This document shows, piece by piece, positions 9,720-18,598 of a stretch of 64,000 bases of DNA. The translations under genes and the position numbers were made by a program. The DNA lies in the NCBI GenBank assembly GCA_963675295.2, contig CAXXKJ010000002.1, forward strand, positions 2,432,001 through 2,496,000. The letters run 5' to 3'. Source of the stretch: a bacterium. GTDB taxonomy: Bacteria; Electryoneota; Electryoneia; Electryoneales; Electryoneaceae. Positions within the stretch are counted from its first letter, which is position 1. Each line of letters opens with the position of its first letter. The notes below the pieces were generated by a model. That model was not told where the DNA came from, did no database searches, and saw only the letters and a program-made list of their open reading frames with translations.

Positions 9720-11258
9720 ATGGCGCGAACGATTTTCACCGGTGCAAAGGTGCACCGTCACGACAGGGCGTGGGGGGACGCCGACGACGAACTGCTGATT
9801 GAGGACGGAAAGGTGGTAGCCACCGTGCGAGGGGACGACCTCTCCTCGGCGGCGGCGGGTACGGACGAGATCGTTCGTTTGCCGGGGGGACGTATCCTGC
9901 CCGGCTTTTTTGACGCGCACCTGCACGTGGACCAGGGCGGACGTCTGCTGGCCAGTCTGCAGTTGCTGGACAAGTCGACAAAGTCGGAGGTGCTGGAGTC
10001 AGTCGCTGAAGCTGCGAAGTCCGGCGAGGGCTGGCTGATCGGGATCGGCTTGAGCGAACACGCGTGGCCGACATTGGCCGAACGGGACCGGGTCTGCCCC
10101 AACCGTCCGCTGCTGCTGCACGCCCGTGACTACCACACGGTACTGATCAACAGCCGCGCGATCGAGGAAATCGGCCTGACTAACGAAACCCCATTGCCGG
10201 AGGGCAGCTGGCAGGAGTTGGATGAGGCTGGATTTCCGCGCGGAATCCTGTGCGAAAACGCCGCCCGGTGGATCGAGCAGTACCTTCCGGAAGAAACGCC
10301 GGAACAGTTGCGTGGCCTGATGCGCAACGCGATGCGGCACCTGTTGTCGCTGGGTATCACTGGTGTCAGTGACGCCGGCGATCCCGCGTCGTACGAGAAT
10401 GGCTGGCTGTGGCTGGAGGAACATGAGGGCCTGCCGATGCACGTCGAGAGCTGGTTGCGTTGCGTGCATTTCGGGGACGACTGCATTGCGCAACCGCGCC
10501 GGATGCAGGGCAAATTGAACCGGTTCCGGCTCAAACTGTTCATTGACGGCGCGCTCGGCAGCCGGACAGCGTGGATGAAGCAGGAATACGCTGACAAACC
10601 GGGCCACACCTCCGGGCCGGTTCCGGATCTAGCGGTGTATGATGCGTTCCTGAAGCGTGGCGCGGAGGCCGGTTGGTCGTTCACGGTGCACGCCATTGGT
10701 GACGCCGGAGTGGACTACGTCGCGGAAAGCCTCGCAGATCTACCCGCCAAAGCCGGACGGCACCGGATCGAGCACATTCAGCATGTGGACGCGGTTTCGA
10801 TACAGAAGTTGCTGGAGTCGGACCTCGCGTTGTCGGTACAGCCGACGCATCGGCTGGACGACCTCGGCATGCTGCGGGATCGTGTCGGCGAACGGGAGAA
10901 GTGGGCGTATCCGTTGAAGAGTCTGAATGTCGCCGACCGTCTGGTGCTGGGCAGTGACTGGCCGGTGGTCGATCCGGACCCACGCCGGACGATCCGTGCC
11001 GCTCTGCTGCCGCGCAAGCCGGGCGAGGGCATGCCGGAACAGCACCTGACGGCCTCTGAGGCTGTGCTGGCGTTGACGCGAAACGCCGCCCGTGTCGCGG
11101 GTTTCCCAAACCTGGGATCGCTGGAGAAGGGGTATACGGCGGACCTGGTGTGGTTGGATCGTGATCCGGGTGATGATCCGCACTCGTGGCTTGAGACGAA
11201 CGTTGGCGCCGTGTGGACCGGAGGCACGCGTGTCAACCGGGACAACGATTTGATTTGA
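9720..11258 (+). CDS. Amidohydrolase-3 family (YtcJ-like) metal-dependent hydrolase
   Basis: PGFFDAHLH, KLFIDGALGSRTA, HAIGD, RIEH, GSDWPV, ADLV motifs. Confidence 0.9.
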   Translation: MARTIFTGAKVHRHDRAWGDADDELLIEDGKVVATVRGDDLSSAAAGTDEIVRLPGGRILPGFFDAHLHVDQGGRLLASLQLLDKSTKSEVLESVAEAAKSGEGWLIGIGLSEHAWPTLAERDRVCPNRPLLLHARDYHTVLINSRAIEEIGLTNETPLPEGSWQELDEAGFPRGILCENAARWIEQYLPEETPEQLRGLMRNAMRHLLSLGITGVSDAGDPASYENGWLWLEEHEGLPMHVESWLRCVHFGDDCIAQPRRMQGKLNRFRLKLFIDGALGSRTAWMKQEYADKPGHTSGPVPDLAVYDAFLKRGAEAGWSFTVHAIGDAGVDYVAESLADLPAKAGRHRIEHIQHVDAVSIQKLLESDLALSVQPTHRLDDLGMLRDRVGEREKWAYPLKSLNVADRLVLGSDWPVVDPDPRRTIRAALLPRKPGEGMPEQHLTASEAVLALTRNAARVAGFPNLGSLEKGYTADLVWLDRDPGDDPHSWLETNVGAVWTGGTRVNRDNDLI

Positions 11259-11320
11259 CCGCGCGGGCCCGGACGCAGTAGACTCCCCGGCAACATTCAT
11301 TGACGAATCGTAACGCGACC

Positions 11321-12721
11321 ATGGCGAAATCAAAGAGTTTCAAGCCTCCGAACACCTACCTGATCCTGTTTACGCTGCTGGTGATTATGGCGGTGCTGAC
11401 ATGGATCGTTCCCGGCGGCCGGTACCAGACCGAGCTCGTGGAAGGCCGCGAGATGGTGGTGCCGGGCTCGTTTGAGCATGTGCCCGCTGAACCGCAGAAC
11501 CTGCTCGACCTGCTCGTCGCCCCGGTCAAGGGCTTTATGGACGCGGCTGAGATCATCGCGTTCGTGCTGATTGTCGGTGGTGCGTTCTCGGTGCTGCAGC
11601 GGACAGAGGCGATTGACGCGATCATCCGCAGATTAGCACGGGCAAGCCGCCGCTCTGCGGCGATCCGGACCGCGATCATCCCGCTCTTCATGGTGCTGTT
11701 TTCACTTGGTGGCGCGGTTTTCGGGATGGCGGAGGAGACGATCCCGTTTGTGCTGATTTTCATCCCGTTGTCTCTGGCGTTGGGCTATGACTCGATTGTC
11801 GGCGCAGCGATTCCGTTCGTGGGGTCGGGCGCCGGATTCGCGGGCGCGTTCCTCAATCCCTTCACCGTTGGCATTGCCCAGGGGATCGCGGATCTGCCAC
11901 TGTTCAGCGGGCTGGAGTATCGTGTTATCGTGTGGCTGGTGACGACAACGATCACGGTGCTGTTCGTCATGCTATATGCCGCACGCATCCGCAAGGACCC
12001 GACGAAAAGCCCGGTGTACGAGATGGACCAGAAGCTGCGGCACACGTTGCATCTCGACATCGACGGCGAAAATTCGGGTACGACGAAGCGTCAGGTGTGG
12101 GTTTTGGCGGCGTTTGGCGTCGCGATGGGGATGCTGGTGTTTGGTGTGCTCCGGCTGGGCTGGTACATCGAGGAGATCGCCGGCCTGTTCCTCGCGATGG
12201 GGATTGTCGTCGGCATCATCGGCGGGATGAAGGGCGGCCAAATTGCGGATGGATTCGAGAACGGCGCGAGAGATCTCGTCGGCGTCGCGGTGATCATCGG
12301 GCTGGCACGTGGAATCCTGATTATCGCGCAGGACGGCCTGATCATCGGCACGATGCTGAACGCGTTAAGCGGTGTCGTCGGAAGTCTGCATCCGGTGGCG
12401 TCCGCGGAGGCGATGTTCGTCTTCCAGTCGCTGCTGAACTTCTTTGTTCCGTCGGGTAGTGGCCAGGCGGCGTTGACGATGCCGATCATGGCACCGCTCA
12501 GCGACCTGGTTGGTGTCTCACGTCAGACCGCGGTGTTGGCGTACCAGTTCGGTGACGGGTTCTCGAACATCATCATCCCGACCTCGGCGGTGCTGATGGG
12601 CGTGTTGTCGCTGGCGAAGATTCCGTGGACGACGTGGGCGAAGTGGATCGCCCCGCTGGTATTGCTGTTGTCGCTCGCCGGAGCGCTATTGCTGATTCCA
12701 ACGTTTTTCTGGGTGTGGTGA
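11321..12721 (+). CDS. YfcC/DcuC-like (C4-dicarboxylate anaerobic carrier family) membrane transporter
   Basis: Many TM segments; TWIVPGG.Y, GMAEE, NPFTVGIAQ.IA, FFVPSGSGQA.LTMPIMAPL, AYQFGDG.SN motifs of YfcC. Confidence 0.9.
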   Translation: MAKSKSFKPPNTYLILFTLLVIMAVLTWIVPGGRYQTELVEGREMVVPGSFEHVPAEPQNLLDLLVAPVKGFMDAAEIIAFVLIVGGAFSVLQRTEAIDAIIRRLARASRRSAAIRTAIIPLFMVLFSLGGAVFGMAEETIPFVLIFIPLSLALGYDSIVGAAIPFVGSGAGFAGAFLNPFTVGIAQGIADLPLFSGLEYRVIVWLVTTTITVLFVMLYAARIRKDPTKSPVYEMDQKLRHTLHLDIDGENSGTTKRQVWVLAAFGVAMGMLVFGVLRLGWYIEEIAGLFLAMGIVVGIIGGMKGGQIADGFENGARDLVGVAVIIGLARGILIIAQDGLIIGTMLNALSGVVGSLHPVASAEAMFVFQSLLNFFVPSGSGQAALTMPIMAPLSDLVGVSRQTAVLAYQFGDGFSNIIIPTSAVLMGVLSLAKIPWTTWAKWIAPLVLLLSLAGALLLIPTFFWVW

Positions 12722-13254
12722 TGCGCAGATTGATCCTGCTCGACCGTGACGGCACGGTCATGGTGAACAAGCATTACCTCGTCGATCCGGAGGGTGTCGA
12801 ACTGATTCCCGGCGTGGCGGAGGGCATTCAGCGACTGAATCAGGCCGGGTATGCCGTCGCGATCATCTCGAACCAGAGCGGCGTTGCGCGTGGGATGATG
12901 ACGGTCAACGATGTCGCCAAGGTCAATGCGCGCCTGCTAGCAGTGTTGCACATTCACGGCGCGGCAGTCGACAACATCTACTTCTGCCCGGAGGTGGATG
13001 ACGATGCACCGTGCCGGAAACCGAACACCGGCATGCTCGAACAGGCAGCGCGGGATATGGATTTGACGCTATCCGATGGTGTGGTGGTCGGGGACAACGT
13101 TGCGGATATCGAAGCAGGCAAGCGAGCCGGGTGCAAGACCGTGCTGGTGCGCACGGGGTACGGGGCAGAGGTGGAGAAGGTGGGGAGAGTGACGCCGGAT
13201 GCGGTGGTGGATTCGCTGCGTGAGGCGGTGGAGTGGATTCTGGCAGAGCTATGA
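12721..13254 (+). CDS. gmhB: D,D-heptose 1,7-bisphosphate phosphatase (HAD-IIIA)
   Basis: LLDRDGT, SNQSGVARG, CRKPNTGML, VGD...DIEAG; ATG overlaps upstream TGA; gmhA nearby. Confidence 0.88.
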   Translation: MRRLILLDRDGTVMVNKHYLVDPEGVELIPGVAEGIQRLNQAGYAVAIISNQSGVARGMMTVNDVAKVNARLLAVLHIHGAAVDNIYFCPEVDDDAPCRKPNTGMLEQAARDMDLTLSDGVVVGDNVADIEAGKRAGCKTVLVRTGYGAEVEKVGRVTPDAVVDSLREAVEWILAEL

Positions 13255-13294
13255 GCTGTGAGCGGTGAGCTATGAGCTATGAGCTGTGAGCTAT
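13246..13294. repeat. 7 x heptamer tandem repeat (GAGCTRT consensus)
   Basis: GAGCTAT GAGCTGT GAGCGGT GAGCTAT GAGCTAT GAGCTGT GAGCTAT; first unit is the end of gmhB. Confidence 0.95.
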
Positions 13295-13299
13295 ACATT

Positions 13300-13386
13300 C
13301 CGGGTACACTTTGGGGACAAAGTGTCCCCGGATCTACTCTGGGGACCAAGTGTGCCCGGATCTACTTTGGGGACAAAGTGTCCCCG
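13300..13386. repeat. Palindromic element family A, three tandem 28-bp units
   Basis: ACTTTGGGGACAAAGTGTCCCCGGATCT at 13308-13335, variant at 13336-13363, partial at 13364-13386; no spacers; a copy occurs at 20341-20368. Confidence 0.9.
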
Positions 13387-13395
13387 TTTCTTATT

Positions 13396-13423
13396 ATTAC
13401 CACGGATTTAAGTCCGTGGTAAT
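13396..13423. terminator. Perfect hairpin between convergent genes
   Basis: ATTACCACGGA-TTTAAG-TCCGTGGTAAT 11-bp stem. Confidence 0.55.
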
Positions 13424-13443
13424 GGTGAATCTTAGCTATATGA

Positions 13444-13877
13444 TCAAGGATCGTCAAACCAAACCACCTGCAACGCCCATTCGTTGAGATACTCCTCAAT
13501 CTGCTCTTTCAGACCCGGTGTATCCGGTGCAGTCGGATAGATCAGACCCGCGCAAACATCGGTACTCTCTTTTCCTTCCACGAATTCGTTGATATACTTC
13601 CACACCTGCCGTCTGTGCGCCCCAAGAGCTTCTTCACATTCTGGGGCTTAATACGATCCCAGTTCGTGCCCTTGATTTCGACGATAACGACATAGTCGGT
13701 CAAGTCATCAACGAACAAGTCCATTCGTCCATGCCGGACGCGTTTCGCCGAACTTGATAGTGGAAGTGGGATTGTTTTCTCATCCTTGACGTGTCCATCT
13801 GCTGACAGCAACCAATCCTGTTGCACTCGCTTGTGGAAGGCTTTGCCATGTTTTAGCTGTTCTGGTTCAGCGATGAT
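13444..13877 (-). pseudogene. Frameshifted small PD-(D/E)XK nuclease-family gene
   Basis: Frame 1: EPEQLKHGKAFH...RMDLFVDD...VVIVEIKGT...KKLLG; after a one-base shift at the G4 run (13620-13623) it continues AHRRQVWKY...LIYP...WFDDP*; G-x-x-x-H, D...EIK and QxxxY motifs. Confidence 0.65.
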
Positions 13878-13910
13878 TCACCCCCACGAATGATCCCGCT
13901 CGAAGGTAAT

Positions 13911-13936
13911 AAAAAACGCCCCGTTTCCGGGGCGTT
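13911..13936 (-). terminator. Intrinsic terminator after gmhA
   Basis: Minus strand AACGCCCCG-GAAA-CGGGGCGTT followed by T-run. Confidence 0.75.
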
Positions 13937-13958
13937 AGGATTCGAAAAGACTTGTGAA

Positions 13959-14537
13959 CTAGCCGTGTAATTCACGTTCACTGAGCTCACACAGCAGATG
14001 CCCGACGAACGAGTGCATCTCCTGGATGCGTTGCGTGTCCTCTGATGGAATAATCACCGCCTGATCGCACAGCGGCGCCAGTTTCCCGCCGGTGTTGCCG
14101 AGGATGCCGAGTACACGCACGCCAAAGGTATGCGCCATCTCGGCCGCATTCAGCAGGTTCGGCGAATTGCCGGAGGTGCTGATCACGATCAGCAGGTCGC
14201 CCTTTTTGCCGAACGATTCCACTTGCCGTGCGAAGACGTTCACGTAGCCGATGTCGTTGGCACCGGCGGTGAGGATCGAGGTGTCGGTGCTCAGCGCCAT
14301 CGCGGGCATGGAGGGCCGGTCGAGGTCATGGCTCAGCCGGATGACCCATTCCGCCGCCCAGTGTTGCGCATCCGCCGCACTGCCACCATTTCCGGCGAGC
14401 AGCAGCTTGTTGCCGGCTTTGAAGGTGTCGATCACCAGTTTGACTGCCGCGACGATGGGTTCCTTGAGCGAATCCATCTGCCGTGCGACGTCAATGTGCG
14501 CGGCCAGGCGTTTGCCGAAAGCGGCGTTCAAATCCAT
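13959..14537 (-). CDS. gmhA: D-sedoheptulose 7-phosphate isomerase
   Basis: GNGGSAADAQH, TAGAND, ISTSGNSPN, TQRIQEMH motifs. Confidence 0.95.
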   Translation of the reverse strand: MDLNAAFGKRLAAHIDVARQMDSLKEPIVAAVKLVIDTFKAGNKLLLAGNGGSAADAQHWAAEWVIRLSHDLDRPSMPAMALSTDTSILTAGANDIGYVNVFARQVESFGKKGDLLIVISTSGNSPNLLNAAEMAHTFGVRVLGILGNTGGKLAPLCDQAVIIPSEDTQRIQEMHSFVGHLLCELSERELHG

Positions 14538-14539
14538 AC

Positions 14540-15844
14540 TTACACCTTGCGACCGATGCCGACGTAGGTGAGCCCGAAAGACTGAACGTACTTCGGATCC
14601 CAGATGTTGCGGCCATCAAAGACCACCTTGTCGGCCAGCTTCTTGGACAGCAGGCCGTGATCCGGGGTGCGGAAATCGTTCCACTCGGTGACCAGTACCA
14701 GCGCGTCCGCGTCTTCCACCGTCTCGTATTCGGATTCGCAGTAGGTGATGCTGTCGCCGAAAATGTCCCTGGCGACGGTCATCGCTTCCGGGTCGAACGC
14801 CTTCACGTTGGCACCTGCCGCGAGCAGCGAGTTGATGATCACGATCGCCGGCGCCTCGCGCATGTCATCGGTGCGCGGCTTGAACGACAGACCCCAGATC
14901 GCGAACGTCTTGCCCTGCAAGTTTCCTTCGTAATGTTTGGAAATCTTGCTGAACATGAGCTTCTTCTGCTCTTCGTTGACGCGCTCGGTGGCTTCGATGA
15001 TCTCGAGGTCGACATCATACTGTTTCGCGGTACGAAGGATCGCCTTGACATCCTTCGGGAAGCAGGAGCCGCCGTACCCGGCGCCGGCGTAGAGGAATGC
15101 CGGACCGATGCGTGAATCGGTGCCGATGCCCTGGCGGACCATGTCGATATCCGCGCCGACTTTTTCGCACAGGCGCGCGATTTCGTTCATGAACGAAATT
15201 CGTGTCGCGAGGAACGAGTTGGCGGTGTACTTGGTCAACTCGGCGGAGACGACGTCCATGTGGATAATGCGGTTGCTCTTCATCATGAACGGGCGATAGA
15301 GCCGGTTGAGGACTTCGTGGCCGATGTCGTTATCCGCACCGATGATCACACGTTCCGGCTTGAGGAAGTCGTTGACCGCGTCGCCTTCCTTGAGGAATTC
15401 CGGGTTCGAGACGACGGTGAAGTCGCTGTCGGTGTGCTTGCGGATCGCCTCGCTGACGAGACCGGCGGTTCCGACCGGGACGGTGCTCTTGTCGACGATG
15501 ATCTTGAACTCGTTCATCGCCTTGCCGATGCTTTCGGCGACGGTGAGCACGTGCTTCAGGTCCGCGCTGCCGTCCTCGTTCGGCGGGGTGCCGACGGCGA
15601 TGAAGATGACGTCACTGCTTTTGACGGCGTCATCGATGTCGGTGGTGAAATGCAACCGTTCCTTATCGATGCCTTCCTGGACCAGGTCTTCCAATCCCGG
15701 TTCGTAGATCGGGATTTCACCGTTCTTGAGCCGGTTGATCTTATCTTCGTCGATATCGACACAGATCACGTGGTTCCCGGTAGACGCGAAGCAGGCGCCC
15801 GCAACGAGTCCGACATAACCGGTACCAACCACCGCGACATGCAT
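14540..15844 (-). CDS. ugd: UDP-glucose 6-dehydrogenase
   Basis: VVGTGYVGL, PIYEPGL, KSTVPVGT, SNPEFLKEG, GYGGSCFPKD, GLSFKPRTDDMRE. Confidence 0.96.
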   Translation of the reverse strand: MHVAVVGTGYVGLVAGACFASTGNHVICVDIDEDKINRLKNGEIPIYEPGLEDLVQEGIDKERLHFTTDIDDAVKSSDVIFIAVGTPPNEDGSADLKHVLTVAESIGKAMNEFKIIVDKSTVPVGTAGLVSEAIRKHTDSDFTVVSNPEFLKEGDAVNDFLKPERVIIGADNDIGHEVLNRLYRPFMMKSNRIIHMDVVSAELTKYTANSFLATRISFMNEIARLCEKVGADIDMVRQGIGTDSRIGPAFLYAGAGYGGSCFPKDVKAILRTAKQYDVDLEIIEATERVNEEQKKLMFSKISKHYEGNLQGKTFAIWGLSFKPRTDDMREAPAIVIINSLLAAGANVKAFDPEAMTVARDIFGDSITYCESEYETVEDADALVLVTEWNDFRTPDHGLLSKKLADKVVFDGRNIWDPKYVQSFGLTYVGIGRKV

Positions 15845-16071
15845 GAGTCACTCCTGAGTTTTCTTGGCACAAAGATTCGTGGAACGCCGGGCAATATACG
15901 CCATCCGCCAGTCTAGCGCCCATCTGTGAGGGTACGATTCAGAGCGCCCGGGGGAGGGCGCACAGGGGCTGATGTTCCAGCCAGCGGAGCCCGAATCGTA
16001 TGGCTCCTGCGGGTGTTGCCGTCCTGTTCACCGCGTACTTTCTTCGATAGGAACGAAATTCGGAATCGTGC

Positions 16072-17106
16072 ATGAAGCTCGCGATACACAACAGTCCCCG
16101 TTCGTACAGCGACCGCTGGATCCGCTGGTGCCGCAGCAACAAGGTCGAGTTCAAGATCGTCGACGCGTATAGCAGCGGCATCCTGAACGATCTCCGTGAT
16201 TGCGACGGGTTCCTCTGGCATTGGCAGCATAATGAGGCGGAACCGTTGTTGTTTGCCACGCGTCTGATCAGGGCAGCGGAGGAGATGGGCCTGCTGGTGT
16301 TTCCGGACACGGCGACCTGCTGGCATTATGACGATAAGGTGGCGCAGAAATATCTGCTCGAGGCGGTCAATGCGCCGCTGGCACCGGTGTGGGTGTTTTA
16401 CGACAGGCAGGCGGCGCTGAGCTGGGCGGCAGAAACGTCCTGGCCGAAGGTGTGGAAGCTGCGTCGCGGGGCTGGATCGAGCCAGGTGAAGCTGCTGCGG
16501 TCACGTGACGAAGCGGAAAAGGTAATCCGGCGAGCGTTCGGACGTGGCTGGGTGCCGGTGGAACGTGCGACCTCGGATGTCGCGATCCGGTTTCGGGGTG
16601 CGGGCGGGTTGCGTGGCAAGATCGACCTGCTCAAGCGTGCGCCGCGCGGCCTGTTGAAGCTGGCTAAACGGCGGAAGTTGGTCGCGCCGGAACGCGGCTA
16701 TTTTTACGCGCAGGAGTTCATCCCGCGGAACGAATTCGACACGCGGATCACGGTCATCGGCGACCGCATCTTCGGTTTTCGCAGGTTTGTCCGTCCGGGT
16801 GACTTTCGCGCGTCCGGAAGCGGGCGGATTGACTACGACGCCAGCGGGGTGGATCTGGAGTGTGTGAAGATCGCGCGGGATGTGGCAAAACGGCTGCGGA
16901 CGCAGAGCTGCGCGTTTGATTTTGTGCACACACCGGACGGCGACCCGTTGATCGTCGAGATCAGCTACGCCTACCTCGCCAGCGCGATCCACAACTGCGC
17001 CGGACACTGGGACAGCGAGCTGAACTGGGTCGAAGGGCCGGTCTGGCCGGAAGATGCGATGATCGAGGATCTCGTGGCCGCGATTGAAGCGAAAACCGGA
17101 CATTGA
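16072..17106 (+). CDS. ATP-grasp (RimK-like) ligase
   Basis: DDKVAQKYLL, KLRRGAGSSQV, YAQEFIP, DTRITVIG, DFRASGSG, AFDF...IVEIS ATP-grasp motifs. Confidence 0.8.
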   Translation: MKLAIHNSPRSYSDRWIRWCRSNKVEFKIVDAYSSGILNDLRDCDGFLWHWQHNEAEPLLFATRLIRAAEEMGLLVFPDTATCWHYDDKVAQKYLLEAVNAPLAPVWVFYDRQAALSWAAETSWPKVWKLRRGAGSSQVKLLRSRDEAEKVIRRAFGRGWVPVERATSDVAIRFRGAGGLRGKIDLLKRAPRGLLKLAKRRKLVAPERGYFYAQEFIPRNEFDTRITVIGDRIFGFRRFVRPGDFRASGSGRIDYDASGVDLECVKIARDVAKRLRTQSCAFDFVHTPDGDPLIVEISYAYLASAIHNCAGHWDSELNWVEGPVWPEDAMIEDLVAAIEAKTGH

Positions 17107-17128
17107 TGTCCGATTTAACGGAAAGTCC

Positions 17129-18301
17129 ATGCGCCGGAAACGCATCTGCCTGTTGATCAACAAGTTAGCCCGTGGTGGGGCGGAGACTCAGTGTGTCCGT
17201 CTCGCGACCGGTTTGCACGCGCGCGGCTGGCGGGTGCGGGTGGTGACGTTGCTGCCGTCAACGGCGTTCACCGATGAGTTGACGGAGGTGGGGATTCCGG
17301 TCGTTGATATCAGCGAGGGGGAGTCGCCCTACCGTCCGCACAACCTGCTGCGCCTGCTGAACCAGTTCTGGAGTTTCAAGCCTGATGTGCTGGTCACCTT
17401 CCTGTACCAGGCGGACGTCGTTGGACGGATGCTCGGCAGCGCGTTCGGGATTCCGGTACGGGTGACGTCGATACGGAACGAGTTCTTCGGCGCGTCCGAT
17501 AAACCGCGCGACCACTGGAGCGTGCGGGCCCGGGAGGAGCTGATCCGTCGCACCGACAGCCGCGCCAGCCTGAGCACGACGAATTCCGAGCTGGCGGCGG
17601 TGAGCCTGATTGAACGCGGGATTGTGCCGTCGCACCGGCTGCGTATCATCCGCAATATGGTCGACCTCGCTCCGTTCACGCCGATGACCGCGGAGGAACG
17701 AACCGCATTCCGTCGTGAACACGGGGCGGAGGGCGATTCCGATTTTGTCTGGGTGCACGCCGGCCGTCTCGAGACGCAGAAGGATCAGGCGACGCTGCTC
17801 AAGGCATTTGCGGAACACTGCAAGACGCACAATCACGCGCGGCTGTGGATTCTCGGAGATGGGGCGCGGCGACAGGAGCTGGAAGCGTTGGCCGGGCAGC
17901 TCGGTGTGACGGATCGTGTGCTGTTCGCCGGGGAACGGCCCGATGTGCCGGACTGGTTGCGGGCGGCGGACGCGTTCGTGCTGTCGTCCAAGTGGGAGGG
18001 CCTGCCGAATGTGTTGCTGGAAGCTGCGGCGGCGCGTCTGCCGGTGGTGAGCACCGATGTTGGCGGGGTACGTGAGGCGATGGGCCCGGACCTTTTCGAG
18101 TACCTGGCAGAAGCGGGATCGGTGGACTCGCTACGTGATGCGATGGACCGCTTGGTGACGCTGCATCGCGACAATCGGCACGAATACGATGTCCTCGGCG
18201 AAACGAATTTCGCGCATGTGCTCGATCGGTTCGGCAGTGGAGGTGTGCTCGATCACTGGGAAGGGTTATTCACGGAGCTGATGCGGGAGAGGCTTAAGTA
18301 G
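17129..18301 (+). CDS. GT4 family glycosyltransferase
   Basis: GGAE, GRLETQKDQ, FVLSSKWEGLPNVLLEA, VVSTDVGG. Confidence 0.92.
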   Translation: MRRKRICLLINKLARGGAETQCVRLATGLHARGWRVRVVTLLPSTAFTDELTEVGIPVVDISEGESPYRPHNLLRLLNQFWSFKPDVLVTFLYQADVVGRMLGSAFGIPVRVTSIRNEFFGASDKPRDHWSVRAREELIRRTDSRASLSTTNSELAAVSLIERGIVPSHRLRIIRNMVDLAPFTPMTAEERTAFRREHGAEGDSDFVWVHAGRLETQKDQATLLKAFAEHCKTHNHARLWILGDGARRQELEALAGQLGVTDRVLFAGERPDVPDWLRAADAFVLSSKWEGLPNVLLEAAAARLPVVSTDVGGVREAMGPDLFEYLAEAGSVDSLRDAMDRLVTLHRDNRHEYDVLGETNFAHVLDRFGSGGVLDHWEGLFTELMRERLK

Positions 18302-18341
18302 CAAGAGATAGTAAAAGATAGTAAAAGATAGTAAAAGATAG
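18299..18341. repeat. 10-bp tandem repeat (TAGTAAAAGA) starting at the GT stop codon
   Basis: TAGCAAGAGA TAGTAAAAGA TAGTAAAAGA TAGTAAAAGA TAG. Confidence 0.9.
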
Positions 18342-18351
18342 GACTCGCGCG

Positions 18352-18558
18352 TGTCATCCTGAACGAAGTGAAGGATCTGGGTTCCAGATGATTTGCTCTT
18401 AAACGCTAAATCATTCAGAACGAAGTAAATGATCTGAATTCCCGATGATTTGCACCTGAATAGCACGTCATTCTGAACGAAGTGAAGAAGATCGGGCTTT
18501 GTTGAGCGTTATCGAAGTTGGATCTTCTTCATTCCACTTCGTTCCATTCAGAATGACA
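18352..18558. repeat. Palindromic element family B cluster (three direct copies with 57-bp period plus one inverted copy)
   Basis: TCATYCWGAACGAAGTRAA..GATC starting at 18354, 18411 and 18468; inverted GATCTTCTTCA...TTCAGAATGACA at 18521-18558. Confidence 0.85.
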
Positions 18559-18598
18559 CCCTCGCACCTTCCATCTTTTACCGATTACCGACCACCGT

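Noticed and set aside
13308-13386. 28-bp palindromic repeats near a Cas4-like nuclease fragment as a CRISPR array
   Set aside because: Units are head-to-tail with no spacers, and there are no cas genes in the window.
15865-15881. TGGCAC-N5-TTCG as a sigma-54 promoter for the ATP-grasp gene
   Set aside because: The -12 element lacks the conserved GC.
18354-18520. 57-bp periodic repeats as a mini-CRISPR
   Set aside because: Repeats are degenerate, the intervening sequences resemble each other, and the cluster ends in an inverted copy, which fits REP-like elements.
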